Source: Rhizodiscina lignyota (lineage: Eukaryota). From it: a DNA stretch of 44,830 nt. Both the position numbers and the translations under genes were made by a program. Below are positions 21,798 through 32,456 of the stretch, piece after piece. Each line of letters starts with the position of its first letter. Within the stretch, counting starts at the first letter, position 1. Location: contig ML978146.1 in assembly GCA_010015805.1 (NCBI GenBank), forward strand, positions 124,001 to 168,830, read 5' to 3'. Below the pieces are notes generated by a model. The model was not told the DNA's origin, made no database searches, and saw nothing but the letters and a program-made list of their open reading frames with translations.

Positions 21798-23354
21798 AGC
21801 ACATTAGATTGTGTGCAATAAATAGTATCGCAGTTGCAGCTTGCTTCATGTCCACGAGTGTTGAGTGTTCTGCCACTCTAGTCAAGTGCTATGCTATTAA
21901 GGTTAACGCGTAGGTTTTAGTTTCGGGCTATTCTAAATCCAATTGCACTTCGAGATTTATGAATTTCGATGAATATCGGAAGCGCAATTAAGCACACTCA
22001 AACACCATTGCAAGCCTACATGTGGAACCGTTGAGCCGCAATCAGGTCCTCTACAATAATAACTCTTCACAATGGGGTTTCTACGCTTTGAGCGCAGCCA
22101 GATGGCAACAGCTGAAATTGAACAGTCCGACCCGATATATATATGTACAGTTGTACACAAAAGAACGTGTGATGAGGCATTGTTTAGATGGATCGGCTCT
22201 CCGCCACCTTATCAGGCTTCTATACTAATGTTTTATCTGTAAGTTAAGACCCTCCACTTGTTCTCTGCTCTTATTCTTTATTTCATTTCGTTTCTGCTCA
22301 CCAGTACTACAGGAACCTGTGATACTACCTTCTGCCAGGTCATCAGATGTAGGCATTCGTACGAGACGGCCAACCTGAAACATTTCTTACGAGTGTTTGA
22401 ACTTTGAGACGGCCTTTAGTTAAGCTTAATTTTCAAAAGACCAATAAGAGGGCCTCGTCTTGATTGAATTAGTCGTCGTTATCTTGCCATAACTTAGGCC
22501 CGGCGAGTGGCGCGTAGTGTTGCACATTTTGCATGTGCAATTTGGTGTAACCACCAATCAAGTATCGCGGCCTCTGTTCATTCACCATCTTCTCAAATGG
22601 ACCCTTGAATCAAATCATCCGCCTCGCCTATCTCATCCATCTCACCGTAGTAATTGCCACTTTACGTCTTGCGTCAAAAGTCTGATCTAATTTGTGGCTG
22701 CGGTATTTGCGTGCTGACAAGCTCTTTAAACTGCATACCACAACCTTGTTGTTCCTTGATTCGGGGCGTCAACCGCGCAAGATACAAGATTTTCGTTTCA
22801 ACTCCGAGCGACTGAGATCCGAAGGCTTCTTCCAAGAGGCTAGTATGGCTACCAGCCGCGACGATTCGGAGGTTACTGTCGATCTTTCCTACATTCCAGA
22901 GCGCATACCAGGCCGCGTCGCCTCAAGACCATGCTCTTGAGCAATTCGTCTCCACCTTGGAGTCTCCACCTACCTCTTGTCCTTGGCGTTCAGTGCGCCC
23001 TATTCGATGTTGTCCAAAATGAATCGCTTTGTAGTGGAGCTGAGGGAGAATGGTCACGGGTGAGGCGCTGAAGGCGCTACCATTGAGACAGAATTTCTCT
23101 ACTGTTCTTATACACGAGGTGCAGTTGCTGATCCCACGGCTCTTTTCTCACCACTCATTCCAACAGTTCTTCTTACCAGTCATTCTTTTGTCTGTCCTTA
23201 CCAAAGTCACTCTTTGACGACTTTTGTGCGTCGTTCTTTAACAAGTCACTCCTTAAACAGCATCTTTTCAGCCTCTCCTTTGCAGGAGGTTTACCGGGGA
23301 GACCCCAAATTCCACAGAATCCATTCCTTCCGACCTTTGAAAAACATCACAACC

Positions 23355-24800
23355 ATGCGTGGTCTCACAACACTAGCATTAGGGGCTGTAGGCTGCTTGA
23401 TCGGAAGATCGCTGGCTGTTCCTACGCCTGTGGTAATTGTGACTCCAGGGGATGCTAGTGATGTTGTGATTTCATCGAACAATACGGTGAATGCCACGGC
23501 TCCTGCGCCCTCGACCCCTCCTTCGACCAAGAGCCATACTATTGTTACGCCTAGAGATACAGCAGACACTGTCATTACGGCAAGAAACGTTTTGAATGCG
23601 ACAACGAGTGGTTCAGCGGCGGATGCCAACTTGGTCGGCAGGTCAACTGGCCAGCTACCCCTTTCTCTGGTCAACAACTTTGCTGGATCAATCAACGCCT
23701 ATGTTACTGGTTTGGATGTTAACGGCCGGCTCGTTATGCTCCAACCAGACGGTACATTTCTCTATCCGTCCTGCGACAGTGCTCAAAGCACGCCTCAGCT
23801 CATTACGGACAATATCGCTATCCCACTTGGTGCGAAGGGCAGCACATTAAACATTACAATCCCAGGATACATATCTGCGGCTCGAGTGTGGTTTGCAGCG
23901 GGTGACCTGAAGTTCTTCGCCGTCTGGAACCCTGCGACCAATGCACCGTCACTTGTCGAGCCTTCCTCGGTGAACCCTTCAGACCCATCTGCTGCCGTCA
24001 ACTGGGGCTTCGTTGAACTCACGTACGTTGAGAACGGTGGCTTGTATGCGAATATTAGCTACGTCGACTTTGTGGGCCTCATCTTGGGGATGTCACTCGC
24101 TGTTACCGATGGCTCTGGCACCCAGTCAGCTCTTGGCCTTGCGGCGGATGCGATCTCAAATATATGCAGTGCCCTTGAGTCACAGGGCAAGAGCGATGGC
24201 CAAGAATGGGGCAACCTCTGCATGGCCGACAGTGAAGGAAATTTATTGCGTGTCATTGCTCCAAGCGACTATGTCTCTTCCAATCCAGACGCTTTTAGCA
24301 CTTTCTGGAATGAATACATCGACGACGTCTGGGAGCAGTTCACCACGGATGTGCTCAGCATTGATACCCAAATGAGTGCCGGCATTGTGAACTGCACAGT
24401 GCAGACTGACGATCTCTTGCATTGCGACGGCGACAGTCGTGGCTACGCTAAACCTGTGGCTGCTGATATATTTGGATGCAACACCGGGCCTTTCGGAATT
24501 GAAGCTGGTGACAACGACGTCCATAGCGCTGTTGTTCCTCGCCTCTGTGCGGCCTTTGATCGCACCACTCTTTCGATGGAAGGTGGAAATATCCAGCCTA
24601 GCCTTGCAGCACAGAGCTACTACCAAAGCGCACCCACGAACTGGTACAGCAAGTTTGTGCACCAGCATGAGGTCGATGGCAAGGGGTATGCATTCTCATA
24701 CGATGATGTTAACCCTGACGGAGATGTCAACCAGAGTGGTGTGGTCGCAAGCGCAAATCCCGAGACATTGACGGTTATTGTTGGAGGTCCTCTTTCGTAG
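23355..24800 (+). CDS. Secreted GH64 beta-1,3-glucanase with repeated N-terminal pro/linker region
   Basis: Signal peptide MRGLTTLALGAVGCLIGRSLA. GH64 motifs WGFVELT, LYANISYVDFVG, IFGCNTGPF, PRLCAAF, TNWYSKFVH, GKGYAFSYDDV. Confidence 0.9.
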   Translation: MRGLTTLALGAVGCLIGRSLAVPTPVVIVTPGDASDVVISSNNTVNATAPAPSTPPSTKSHTIVTPRDTADTVITARNVLNATTSGSAADANLVGRSTGQLPLSLVNNFAGSINAYVTGLDVNGRLVMLQPDGTFLYPSCDSAQSTPQLITDNIAIPLGAKGSTLNITIPGYISAARVWFAAGDLKFFAVWNPATNAPSLVEPSSVNPSDPSAAVNWGFVELTYVENGGLYANISYVDFVGLILGMSLAVTDGSGTQSALGLAADAISNICSALESQGKSDGQEWGNLCMADSEGNLLRVIAPSDYVSSNPDAFSTFWNEYIDDVWEQFTTDVLSIDTQMSAGIVNCTVQTDDLLHCDGDSRGYAKPVAADIFGCNTGPFGIEAGDNDVHSAVVPRLCAAFDRTTLSMEGGNIQPSLAAQSYYQSAPTNWYSKFVHQHEVDGKGYAFSYDDVNPDGDVNQSGVVASANPETLTVIVGGPLS

Positions 24801-26689
24801 GGATATCGTACAGGGTCAACTCGGTTTGTTTGCGCTTCTGTGTTTCGGTCAACCTGCATGTGCAACAAGCGGCCTTGATGGCGGCATGCAGTTTTGTTCG
24901 TGTCAATATTTGCTCATGTAATATAAAAACACATGTTGGATTAAAAGGGCTTGGGAAAAATAGGGATTGGCCCAAATAAGGAACTGGCTTCGTAACCTGT
25001 CGTTTTGTCAGAAGCGATCTGGTTGATACAACAGAGAATCCTTGAAGGACTCACTTGCGCCAATCGCGTAAACTTGATTAAAAAAAAAAGTATGACAGAT
25101 ATATTCACCGATGCATACCTTCTGTCAATATCCCTCTATTTAGCATCAAATTGCAGACACAGACGAAGGATCCGGCCTCTACATCGCGACGCTAGCAGCT
25201 CCGAAGTGTAATAGCCAGCCCGCAAACCATACCGCAGAGTTCGATCTCAATAATCCAAGGAAGCTTCTAACAATTAGTCCGAGACGTAGCACGAAGCCAG
25301 TGCGCAATGAAAAGAATGTAATAACCTCTTAGACTATGCCGACTATGTCATTCATCCGTTATGCGACGACGCCAGTTGCAATGTTTCTCGCGCCTCGAAT
25401 AACAAGGATACCGAGCATACATATTCTACGATGGAGCAGCTCTTCGTTGCCGTGAATTTTGAGAGAGAGGGATTCAAACGTCATGCCCGAAAACCACGAG
25501 TTTTGAATTCCGGAGCCTACGCCCTTCTGAGGGCTTGATGGTTCCGTTGACGACTGTTGGCGCCATTTTTGAATTCGTGTCCTGTGGGATCGACGACGAC
25601 GGGTCATGCTCGATTGCTCACAGATGAGGCTGGAGGAAGAGGAAGGACTGAGATGTACATACCGTCAAGAGGAGACGATATTTATCTATTGCGCGACAGC
25701 CTACATTCTCGATCCATGCGATATTGTGGCGCAGCAACATCGAAGGGTTCTGGCTGGCGTTTGCAGGATCGAAGCATGAGAAGACTGAAACAGACGAACA
25801 ACGCAGAATATAGGCTGGTAGACACTTGGGTGCGAGGTAATGTCAACATCCTTTTCATGAATGCCATAGTGAATTGATGATAGATTCGGCACTGCGGATA
25901 TTTCACTGCCCTACACCTGCACGGATGAGAGAGGAGATATAGCAATGGAAGCCTATGACGCCATTAAAAAGTTCTATTAGCGTAGGCACATGAAGGAAGA
26001 GAGATGCAGACAAATATCGGACAAAATGATTTCAAGTCGAAGCAAACGACGTCGATGTCTGAGGTTGCGGAGTATCGTGAACGAATTCGCCCGACTCAGG
26101 CGGTGCTTTGATCATTTTTCTGGTGGACACTGAAACTGAGTATGGCTATACAGCTCCAATAGCGTATCATAACTCGGGAACGTCCGAGAAGAGTGGGGCC
26201 CCTCGGCCTAACGAGGCTACGTGCATCAAACGCGAGAGAAGGATTCAGACTTGCCCTGATCTAGTTGTTCGGCCAGAGGCTGGACAATTTGATCTGCTGC
26301 CAATAAAGCAAAAAATTAGAGGCGCATATATCGTGATTCTGCTGGGTATCTTATCGTTTGATACATATAGCCGAAGCTCTTAGACTTGTGCGATCTGGAT
26401 GGTTCACAAGGCGCAGGCTACAAGTCAGGGTGCTTCTACCCTATCTCACCGGAAAGATGAAACAAGCCGAGGCGCAATAATACGATAACTTCGCTTGTTG
26501 CGTATGATGACATCGTATCAAGCGGCGTTGAACGGAACTATCGAAATAGGAGATAGAAGAACGTTCACGATTAGTATGCAATGCAATCGTGATGGTTGTC
26601 ACTAAATAAGCCTCTCAAATCCTGCACAAGTAAATACCCATTGCAAGGGAACAAGCGCCCTCTACATATACATGAAGCTATGATTCTTC

Positions 26690-28438
26690 TCATCTCCCTC
26701 CATATCCCGGTGTTGGATCATGCGGCATCACAGAACCGGGCATCTCCATCGCATGCTCCGGCCCTGCCAGCTCCGCTGGATCTTGCACCAGCTCTGCTGG
26801 TTGAGTTTGATGGTTTCCACCCTTGTACACGTATTTCTCGTCACCGCGTGAAGTATTCGCGAGTTCCGACCTTGCTGTGCGTTGCTTTCGTCGATGTCGA
26901 AGCCAGAGAAAGGCGGCGATACCGATGACGGCTAATGCGCCGAGAGCAACCCCAACACCGATGCCAGCTTTCGCGTCTGTGGACAGTCCGGAGGTGCTTG
27001 TGCCGTTGTTGTTGGAGTTGCCGCCTGATTGCACTTTATTCGGGAGAGGAAGAGGCGTCCAGTGGGTGGCCCATGTATCGTTGAACCTTTGGTCAGGGTG
27101 GCCTGAAGTGGTCGTGGTAGGGTATTGGACATTGTCATCTATGTCGGTCCAGGCAGGACCTGATTGTTGGATATTTGGACCGGGTGCTTGAGCAATCCAC
27201 GCTGTATTTTCTCCGAGATTTGCCCCAGTATAAGCTGCTTGCAAAAAGGCTCGGCCGAGAGAGTACGCAGCAGGGCCAGCAGGATTGTTCGTGTCGAGGC
27301 AGGGGAAATATTGTGTCGGCGTGTCCACAATTCCCACGTCCAATGTCAAGTTCAGCAGGATGAAAGGCACTTTGATGACGACGGGGTTGGTCTCCGTAGT
27401 CAGGTAGTTTGGTGGAAGTGTGAAGCTTAAGTATGATGCTGATGTGACAATCTTCTTGTAGGCGGGATCCGACGTCCGCCATAGCCAGAACTTGAGCTTC
27501 GTGTCGAACTCGATGGGAAGATAGTTGCTCAGCTCATGGCAGGTTGCGTTTGGTAACAGGAGATACGGTGTGGTGGGATCAATTGCAACTGTCACTGGGC
27601 CAGGCTCGCTCTGATTCGTCATCAAAATGCCGCTCTTGTTGGTGAATGAGAACGGTGAGCCACCAGTTTCCACACCGATTCCGATATCTCTCAGTTGTAC
27701 TACACCAGCATCGTGTTCGTAGGTCGATATGGGTCCGATCATTCGAGCGGCATCATAGCCACCAAGAACGAGGGATCCTCCATATCCAAGAGAAGCGGAA
27801 CCGTAGTGAAGGCCGTAAGAGTACGATGGAATATAGCTGTTGTTGTACAGACCAGCGATTGGCATCTCTATCTTGAGACTTGGCTCGTCGATAGAAGTTC
27901 GATCAAACTCCTGCGCGGGATTGTTGCCGCCGAGAGAAAAGCCTCCAAGTTCGGGTACTCTTCTCGAGCCATCAGGATTTGTTACCGTGATGTTCGAGTA
28001 GGATATGAGATTGGCGTTGTAGACGGTGAAATTGTCTGGAGCATTTTTGGCATATACAGAGAGTGCCTGCTCGGTAAACCAATTACCATCTGCGCCATTT
28101 GATGGCCCTCCCGTTGGAGAGATGAAGACATTCAGACTGTCTGAATAGAGGACGGGATCCCAGGTAGTACCAGGACGGCCGCATTGTGGATTCGGTGTGG
28201 ATTCGGCGTTGCATGCCTGTGAAGTCGGGATGTAACTCGACCACATTCCTCCGGGAAGCACATCGACAGAGGTCTGGTTGACAGGATTGTATGACGAGTT
28301 GCCACCAACTGAGATTGTAATTGCATTCCATGGGCCATCAGGGCCGTAGCCGTTGGGGCTCCAGTTCAATGCGAGGTTTTGTGGTGCGCTCCGGACTGAG
28401 AGTGCAAAGCATGAGAACAAATAACTTCGAGCCCTCAT
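26690..28438 (-). CDS. Type I membrane aspartic-peptidase (A1)-fold protein with degenerate catalytic motifs
   Basis: Signal peptide MRARSYLFSCFALSVRS. Motifs YGPDGPWNAITISVG, PSYSYGLHYGS, GSLVLGGYD, LGRAFLQAAY, IAQAPGP. TM AGIGVGVALGALAVIGIAAFLWL followed by RHRRK. VLPGG and IDPTT occupy the D[TS]G positions. Confidence 0.85.
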   Translation of the reverse strand: MRARSYLFSCFALSVRSAPQNLALNWSPNGYGPDGPWNAITISVGGNSSYNPVNQTSVDVLPGGMWSSYIPTSQACNAESTPNPQCGRPGTTWDPVLYSDSLNVFISPTGGPSNGADGNWFTEQALSVYAKNAPDNFTVYNANLISYSNITVTNPDGSRRVPELGGFSLGGNNPAQEFDRTSIDEPSLKIEMPIAGLYNNSYIPSYSYGLHYGSASLGYGGSLVLGGYDAARMIGPISTYEHDAGVVQLRDIGIGVETGGSPFSFTNKSGILMTNQSEPGPVTVAIDPTTPYLLLPNATCHELSNYLPIEFDTKLKFWLWRTSDPAYKKIVTSASYLSFTLPPNYLTTETNPVVIKVPFILLNLTLDVGIVDTPTQYFPCLDTNNPAGPAAYSLGRAFLQAAYTGANLGENTAWIAQAPGPNIQQSGPAWTDIDDNVQYPTTTTSGHPDQRFNDTWATHWTPLPLPNKVQSGGNSNNNGTSTSGLSTDAKAGIGVGVALGALAVIGIAAFLWLRHRRKQRTARSELANTSRGDEKYVYKGGNHQTQPAELVQDPAELAGPEHAMEMPGSVMPHDPTPGYGGR

Positions 28439-29504
28439 GTCGGAAAGATTGACCAGCAAGAGGGTCTTGAAACAAAGTATTGGAAAGTGTGAGGCATCAA
28501 GAGAGAACGCGTTCACTCAACAGGATGTGACAACAAGGTTGGCAGTGCACCTCCAACAAGGAAGGAACGTCTCAAAGCAGAGTTGGCATGAGGAAGTCGC
28601 GACGGAAGGCATCGTGGGGTTTTGTTTCAACACACACAAGGCTGCTTGGAAATGCTTGCCCTTGTTCATGGCGCTGCTTAAGGGCAGATGGCGTCCAAAT
28701 TCACTTCGGGAGCTCCGGGCTTCCATGCAGCCAACGTGCTCCGGTGGAGAGACGGGAATCCTCAATTCGCTGATCAGCAATGATCCCGGATGTCCAGCAC
28801 TACGGGAGGCTGGGTGTGCTTCCTTCATGCCAAGGAAACGGTTGAAGACTCGGAGAGTTGTTTGCCCACTCTCTCGTCGCCGATTGCTTAATGAAACCAT
28901 TAAAGGCTCCGAAGCTTCTTCCTGTACTCCGTAAACTGACAACCAGAAGTGCCATTTGACACGGATGAAATTGAAGTGAGAGATCAGACCAAGCGTGAGG
29001 ACAAACCTACTGGTTCATTGCGACTGGCTGAGCTCGTAGGATCATTATCCACGCTGGATGGCAATAAGGCAGGGCTCTGCTGGGCTGCAGAGGTGCGATG
29101 CACGTAGGTTCGTGCTCAGCCTCAAGAGGTACTGGTGATGAGATTTCAGTGTCTCGATTGGAGCAAAATTACAGCGTTTTGTATCAAATCCCTGCTACCT
29201 CGGCAAACTCTGGAGCCATCCCTTAAGAGGCTTAGTCCAGGGGCACGCGACACTTCGGCGTCTCGCCACGATGAATACGAACTTGTCAGATGGGCATTGC
29301 CCTTTTTTCACGATCGGTAGCCTATTCGTAGCGTATAAGTTGTGGCGATTTCCTCCTTCTTTTCTTTGTCTCTTCATCCAGTCACTCGTTTCTTTGTGCT
29401 GTCGCTCGTTCGCATCCACTCGTTCGAATTTACCGTCGTTTACCTACCTAATCGTCGACACTAATCCCACAAACATCCCATTCTCCGCTGCCAATCTCTT
29501 CAGA

Positions 29505-30152
29505 ATGCTGTCCCAACTCATCGTCGTCGCTCTTGGCGCTTCGCTCGCCCTCGCGAAAACGGATATCGCTGGTTGCACCTCGTCGCAAACGACCGATCAA
29601 TGGGGAGAAGCGTCCATGATCTACTGGCTGCCTGGCAGCGGCGAAATCTGCGCGTTCCTCGACTGCGGCGGTGGCATGGCCCCTCCAAAGACGGACGTTC
29701 CCGGCTGCGCTGCCTACTCTGGCACTGCTACATACTCTCCCAGCTACATGCCAGGTTGGGGATCGGCGTCGGCGACCTCTGCCGCAGCGGCATCTACCTC
29801 TGCATATGCGTCGATGACTGAGTCCTCCCTCTCCTGGAGCGACGCCCTCACAATCACGGCCACTGCCTCTGCATACTCGACATCCTCGCCCTCGTACTCC
29901 TCGTCCATAAGCGAAGCACCGAGCGTAATCACGTCCGTCATTGGTGGTACTTCCGCTGCCGCAATCACACCCGCTCCATCTGTTGGCGGCACAACTGCTG
30001 CTGCTGGGAATGGTACAACTGGATCTGTCACAAAGGGCTCCCCGTCAGCATCACCAAGCCAGTTTGAGGGTTCTGCGAGTGGAATGGGCATTGGCATGGT
30101 GCAGGCCTTTGGAGTTGCGGTGGGAGTCCTGATCGCAGCAATTGCACTGTAA
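29505..30152 (+). CDS. Secreted Ser/Thr/Ala-rich, probably GPI-anchored cell-wall protein with a small Cys-containing N-terminal domain
   Basis: Signal peptide MLSQLIVVALGASLALA; domain KTDIAGCTSS...GEICAFLDCGGG...VPGCAAYSGT; S/T-rich stalk; hydrophobic C-terminus after FEGSAS. Confidence 0.85.
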   Translation: MLSQLIVVALGASLALAKTDIAGCTSSQTTDQWGEASMIYWLPGSGEICAFLDCGGGMAPPKTDVPGCAAYSGTATYSPSYMPGWGSASATSAAAASTSAYASMTESSLSWSDALTITATASAYSTSSPSYSSSISEAPSVITSVIGGTSAAAITPAPSVGGTTAAAGNGTTGSVTKGSPSASPSQFEGSASGMGIGMVQAFGVAVGVLIAAIAL

Positions 30153-30473
30153 TCCGGCGAGGTGTATTAGATAATGACTAGCATTTGGAATGGCTTGCAT
30201 CAGGATTGGCGTTCTTTGTATTAGTCTCCATCAGTATCCATGTCGACTGTCTGTATGCATTGCATTGGCGCTCTGTTAGGATTCGTCTGGAATTTTAGTC
30301 CCGTAGACATAATCGTAGTTCAGCATTAATTCAGAAAGCCTGTTTGCATAGCGACTCATTATTCATTCAGGAGTACGTTGCGTTGTATAACTTGTTCTAC
30401 CACTGTCATTCCTCGAGCGAAACGGAGCGGCTCTGGAATTTCTCCGCAGTCACCGAACCATCACCGAACAAAT

Positions 30474-32456
30474 TTAAAGAGTAGTTTGGATGAGCTTGCG
30501 GTTGACAAACTCTCCAATACCCAACTCCGACAGCTCCCGACCAAAGCCAGAGTTCTTGATACCGCCAAAGGGCACCTCAGGACCCGTGTTGGCACAGGAG
30601 TTGACGAAAACCATACCGGAGTCGACCTTTGATGCAACTTCTTGCGCATGCTTCACATTGCCGCCGAAGACTGAGCCCCCCAGTCCAAATTTCGTCGCAT
30701 TGGCTAGCTTAATAGCCTCTTCTTCGGTATCAACGGCATAGAATGATGCGATTGGGCCAAATGTCTCCTCCTGGTAGAGCGGGTTGTCTGGCTTGATGTC
30801 CGTAATAATGGTCGGCTCCATGTACCAGCCAGGACGGTTAATCCGCTTTCCACCGAGCACTACTTTGGCTCCATGTGCCTCTGCTCGTTCTACTTGTTCA
30901 AGCAGACCCACGAGAGCACGCTTGGCGAACAGTGGACCCAGAGTCGTTTTGCTGTCGGATGGGTCTCCTGCCTCGAGTGCGGCCATGCGCTTGATCATGC
31001 CGTCGAGGAAGATCTTCGCACGATCCTTTCCAACGACAATAAAACGCTTTGAAGAGACACACGCTTGGCCCATACAAATCATTCGGCCCATCACGCCTTG
31101 ATTGATTGTGCTTTCAAGATCAGCATCAGGGAGAACAATGAGTGGATCGCTACCGCCAAGCTCAAGGACGACCTTCTTCAGATTCCGACCCGCTCGCTCA
31201 GCAACGGATGCGCCAGCCCTCTCACTGCCAGTCAATGTTACTCCGCGGATACGGAAATCATCGATCAGCATGTTAATCTGAGGGATTGTGCTGAACAAGT
31301 TCGTGTAGACGCCCTTTGGCGCGCCAGCCTCATCGAAGAGCTTCTCAAACGCCAGCGCACACTGCGGTGTGCTTGGGGCATGCTTACACATGAGAACATT
31401 TCCAGCAACGATTTGTGGAGCTGCGACGCGAACTAATTGGTAGTATGGGAAGTTCCACGGCTCGACAGCGAGGATAGCACCAATTGGTTCTGTTGCGAGA
31501 ATTGCACCTGGTGCTTCTGGGACCTCCTTCGTTTCCAAGAACTTCTCGCCGTGTGTGGCGTAGTAGTCGAGTATATCTACTGTCAGGTTAACTTCGTACC
31601 GCGACTGGTCAATGAGCTTGCCCATTTCGTGCGTCATCAGCTGCGAGTACTCTTCGGCCTTTTGACGCAGGATGGCACCAGCTCTGCCGACAATTGCCGC
31701 TCTCTCCTTGACTGGACGTAGCTTCCAGTCGTTTTCGTAGACGTGGTGCGCCCTTTCCAATAACGACATGACCTCTTCGTCTGTCGTCTCGGGGAAGACC
31801 TGCTCAAGCTTTTCCGTTACGGGGTTGAGCGTCTGGTACTCGCTGACATGTGCTGGCTTTGAGGGTGCAGGTGCAGACTTCTCCACGGGTGCTTTCACAT
31901 CGAATCCGTTCAGTGTCACAGAGACGAGGAGGTACGAACCAACCAGATAGACGAGTTCGCGGTACCCATCTTCGCCGAGCAGCTTCACTGCGTTGTTGTA
32001 GATGGCATCTGGCACCACACCGCCACGAGTAAGAGAATCGGTGACATCGTACGCAGCGGCCTCTTTTCCTTGGACACTGGCAGGCCGTGCGCCCTTTGCG
32101 AGCGTATCGATCTGGGCCTTGTTGATCCCGAGTTCCTTGGAGAGACCGGTATGGGCGTATAGCTCGTATGCCGCCTTGAAGTGCGAGCCGACTTTGAGAA
32201 TGGCGACTTGTCGCACGCTTTGAGGCAGCTTGGCTTGAGTCGTGATGACTTTGACGAAGTTCCAAATCGCACCGCATGTGGAAGGATCTTGAAGCCAAAC
32301 ACTCCATGGTCCCGTCAAGGCGCCTTGGTCTGTCTCCGTCTGGAAGCCATGCAGATCAGAGGCGATGACGGATTTCATGTCATTATGAAGGGCGAGTTGC
32401 TGTGCCGACAGCTGGTTGGGTGGAATGGGTGGCGCACGCATGCTGGAAGTTGGCAT
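30474..32456 (-). CDS. Fusion of a carboxymuconolactone-decarboxylase/AhpD-like domain (about aa 6-188) and an NAD(P)-dependent aldehyde dehydrogenase of the succinate-semialdehyde dehydrogenase GabD1/Sad type (about aa 208-660)
   Basis: Single intronless 660 aa ORF. N-domain GALTGPW...RQVAILKVGSHFKAAYELYAH...LVGSYLLVSVTLNGFDV; linker KAPVEKSAPAPSKPAH; ALDH motifs EPWNFP, KHA, TGSERAG, LELGGSDP, GQAC, EETFGP, PFGGIKNSGFGRE. Start may be 32456 or 32441. Confidence 0.88.
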   Translation of the reverse strand: MPTSSMRAPPIPPNQLSAQQLALHNDMKSVIASDLHGFQTETDQGALTGPWSVWLQDPSTCGAIWNFVKVITTQAKLPQSVRQVAILKVGSHFKAAYELYAHTGLSKELGINKAQIDTLAKGARPASVQGKEAAAYDVTDSLTRGGVVPDAIYNNAVKLLGEDGYRELVYLVGSYLLVSVTLNGFDVKAPVEKSAPAPSKPAHVSEYQTLNPVTEKLEQVFPETTDEEVMSLLERAHHVYENDWKLRPVKERAAIVGRAGAILRQKAEEYSQLMTHEMGKLIDQSRYEVNLTVDILDYYATHGEKFLETKEVPEAPGAILATEPIGAILAVEPWNFPYYQLVRVAAPQIVAGNVLMCKHAPSTPQCALAFEKLFDEAGAPKGVYTNLFSTIPQINMLIDDFRIRGVTLTGSERAGASVAERAGRNLKKVVLELGGSDPLIVLPDADLESTINQGVMGRMICMGQACVSSKRFIVVGKDRAKIFLDGMIKRMAALEAGDPSDSKTTLGPLFAKRALVGLLEQVERAEAHGAKVVLGGKRINRPGWYMEPTIITDIKPDNPLYQEETFGPIASFYAVDTEEEAIKLANATKFGLGGSVFGGNVKHAQEVASKVDSGMVFVNSCANTGPEVPFGGIKNSGFGRELSELGIGEFVNRKLIQTTL

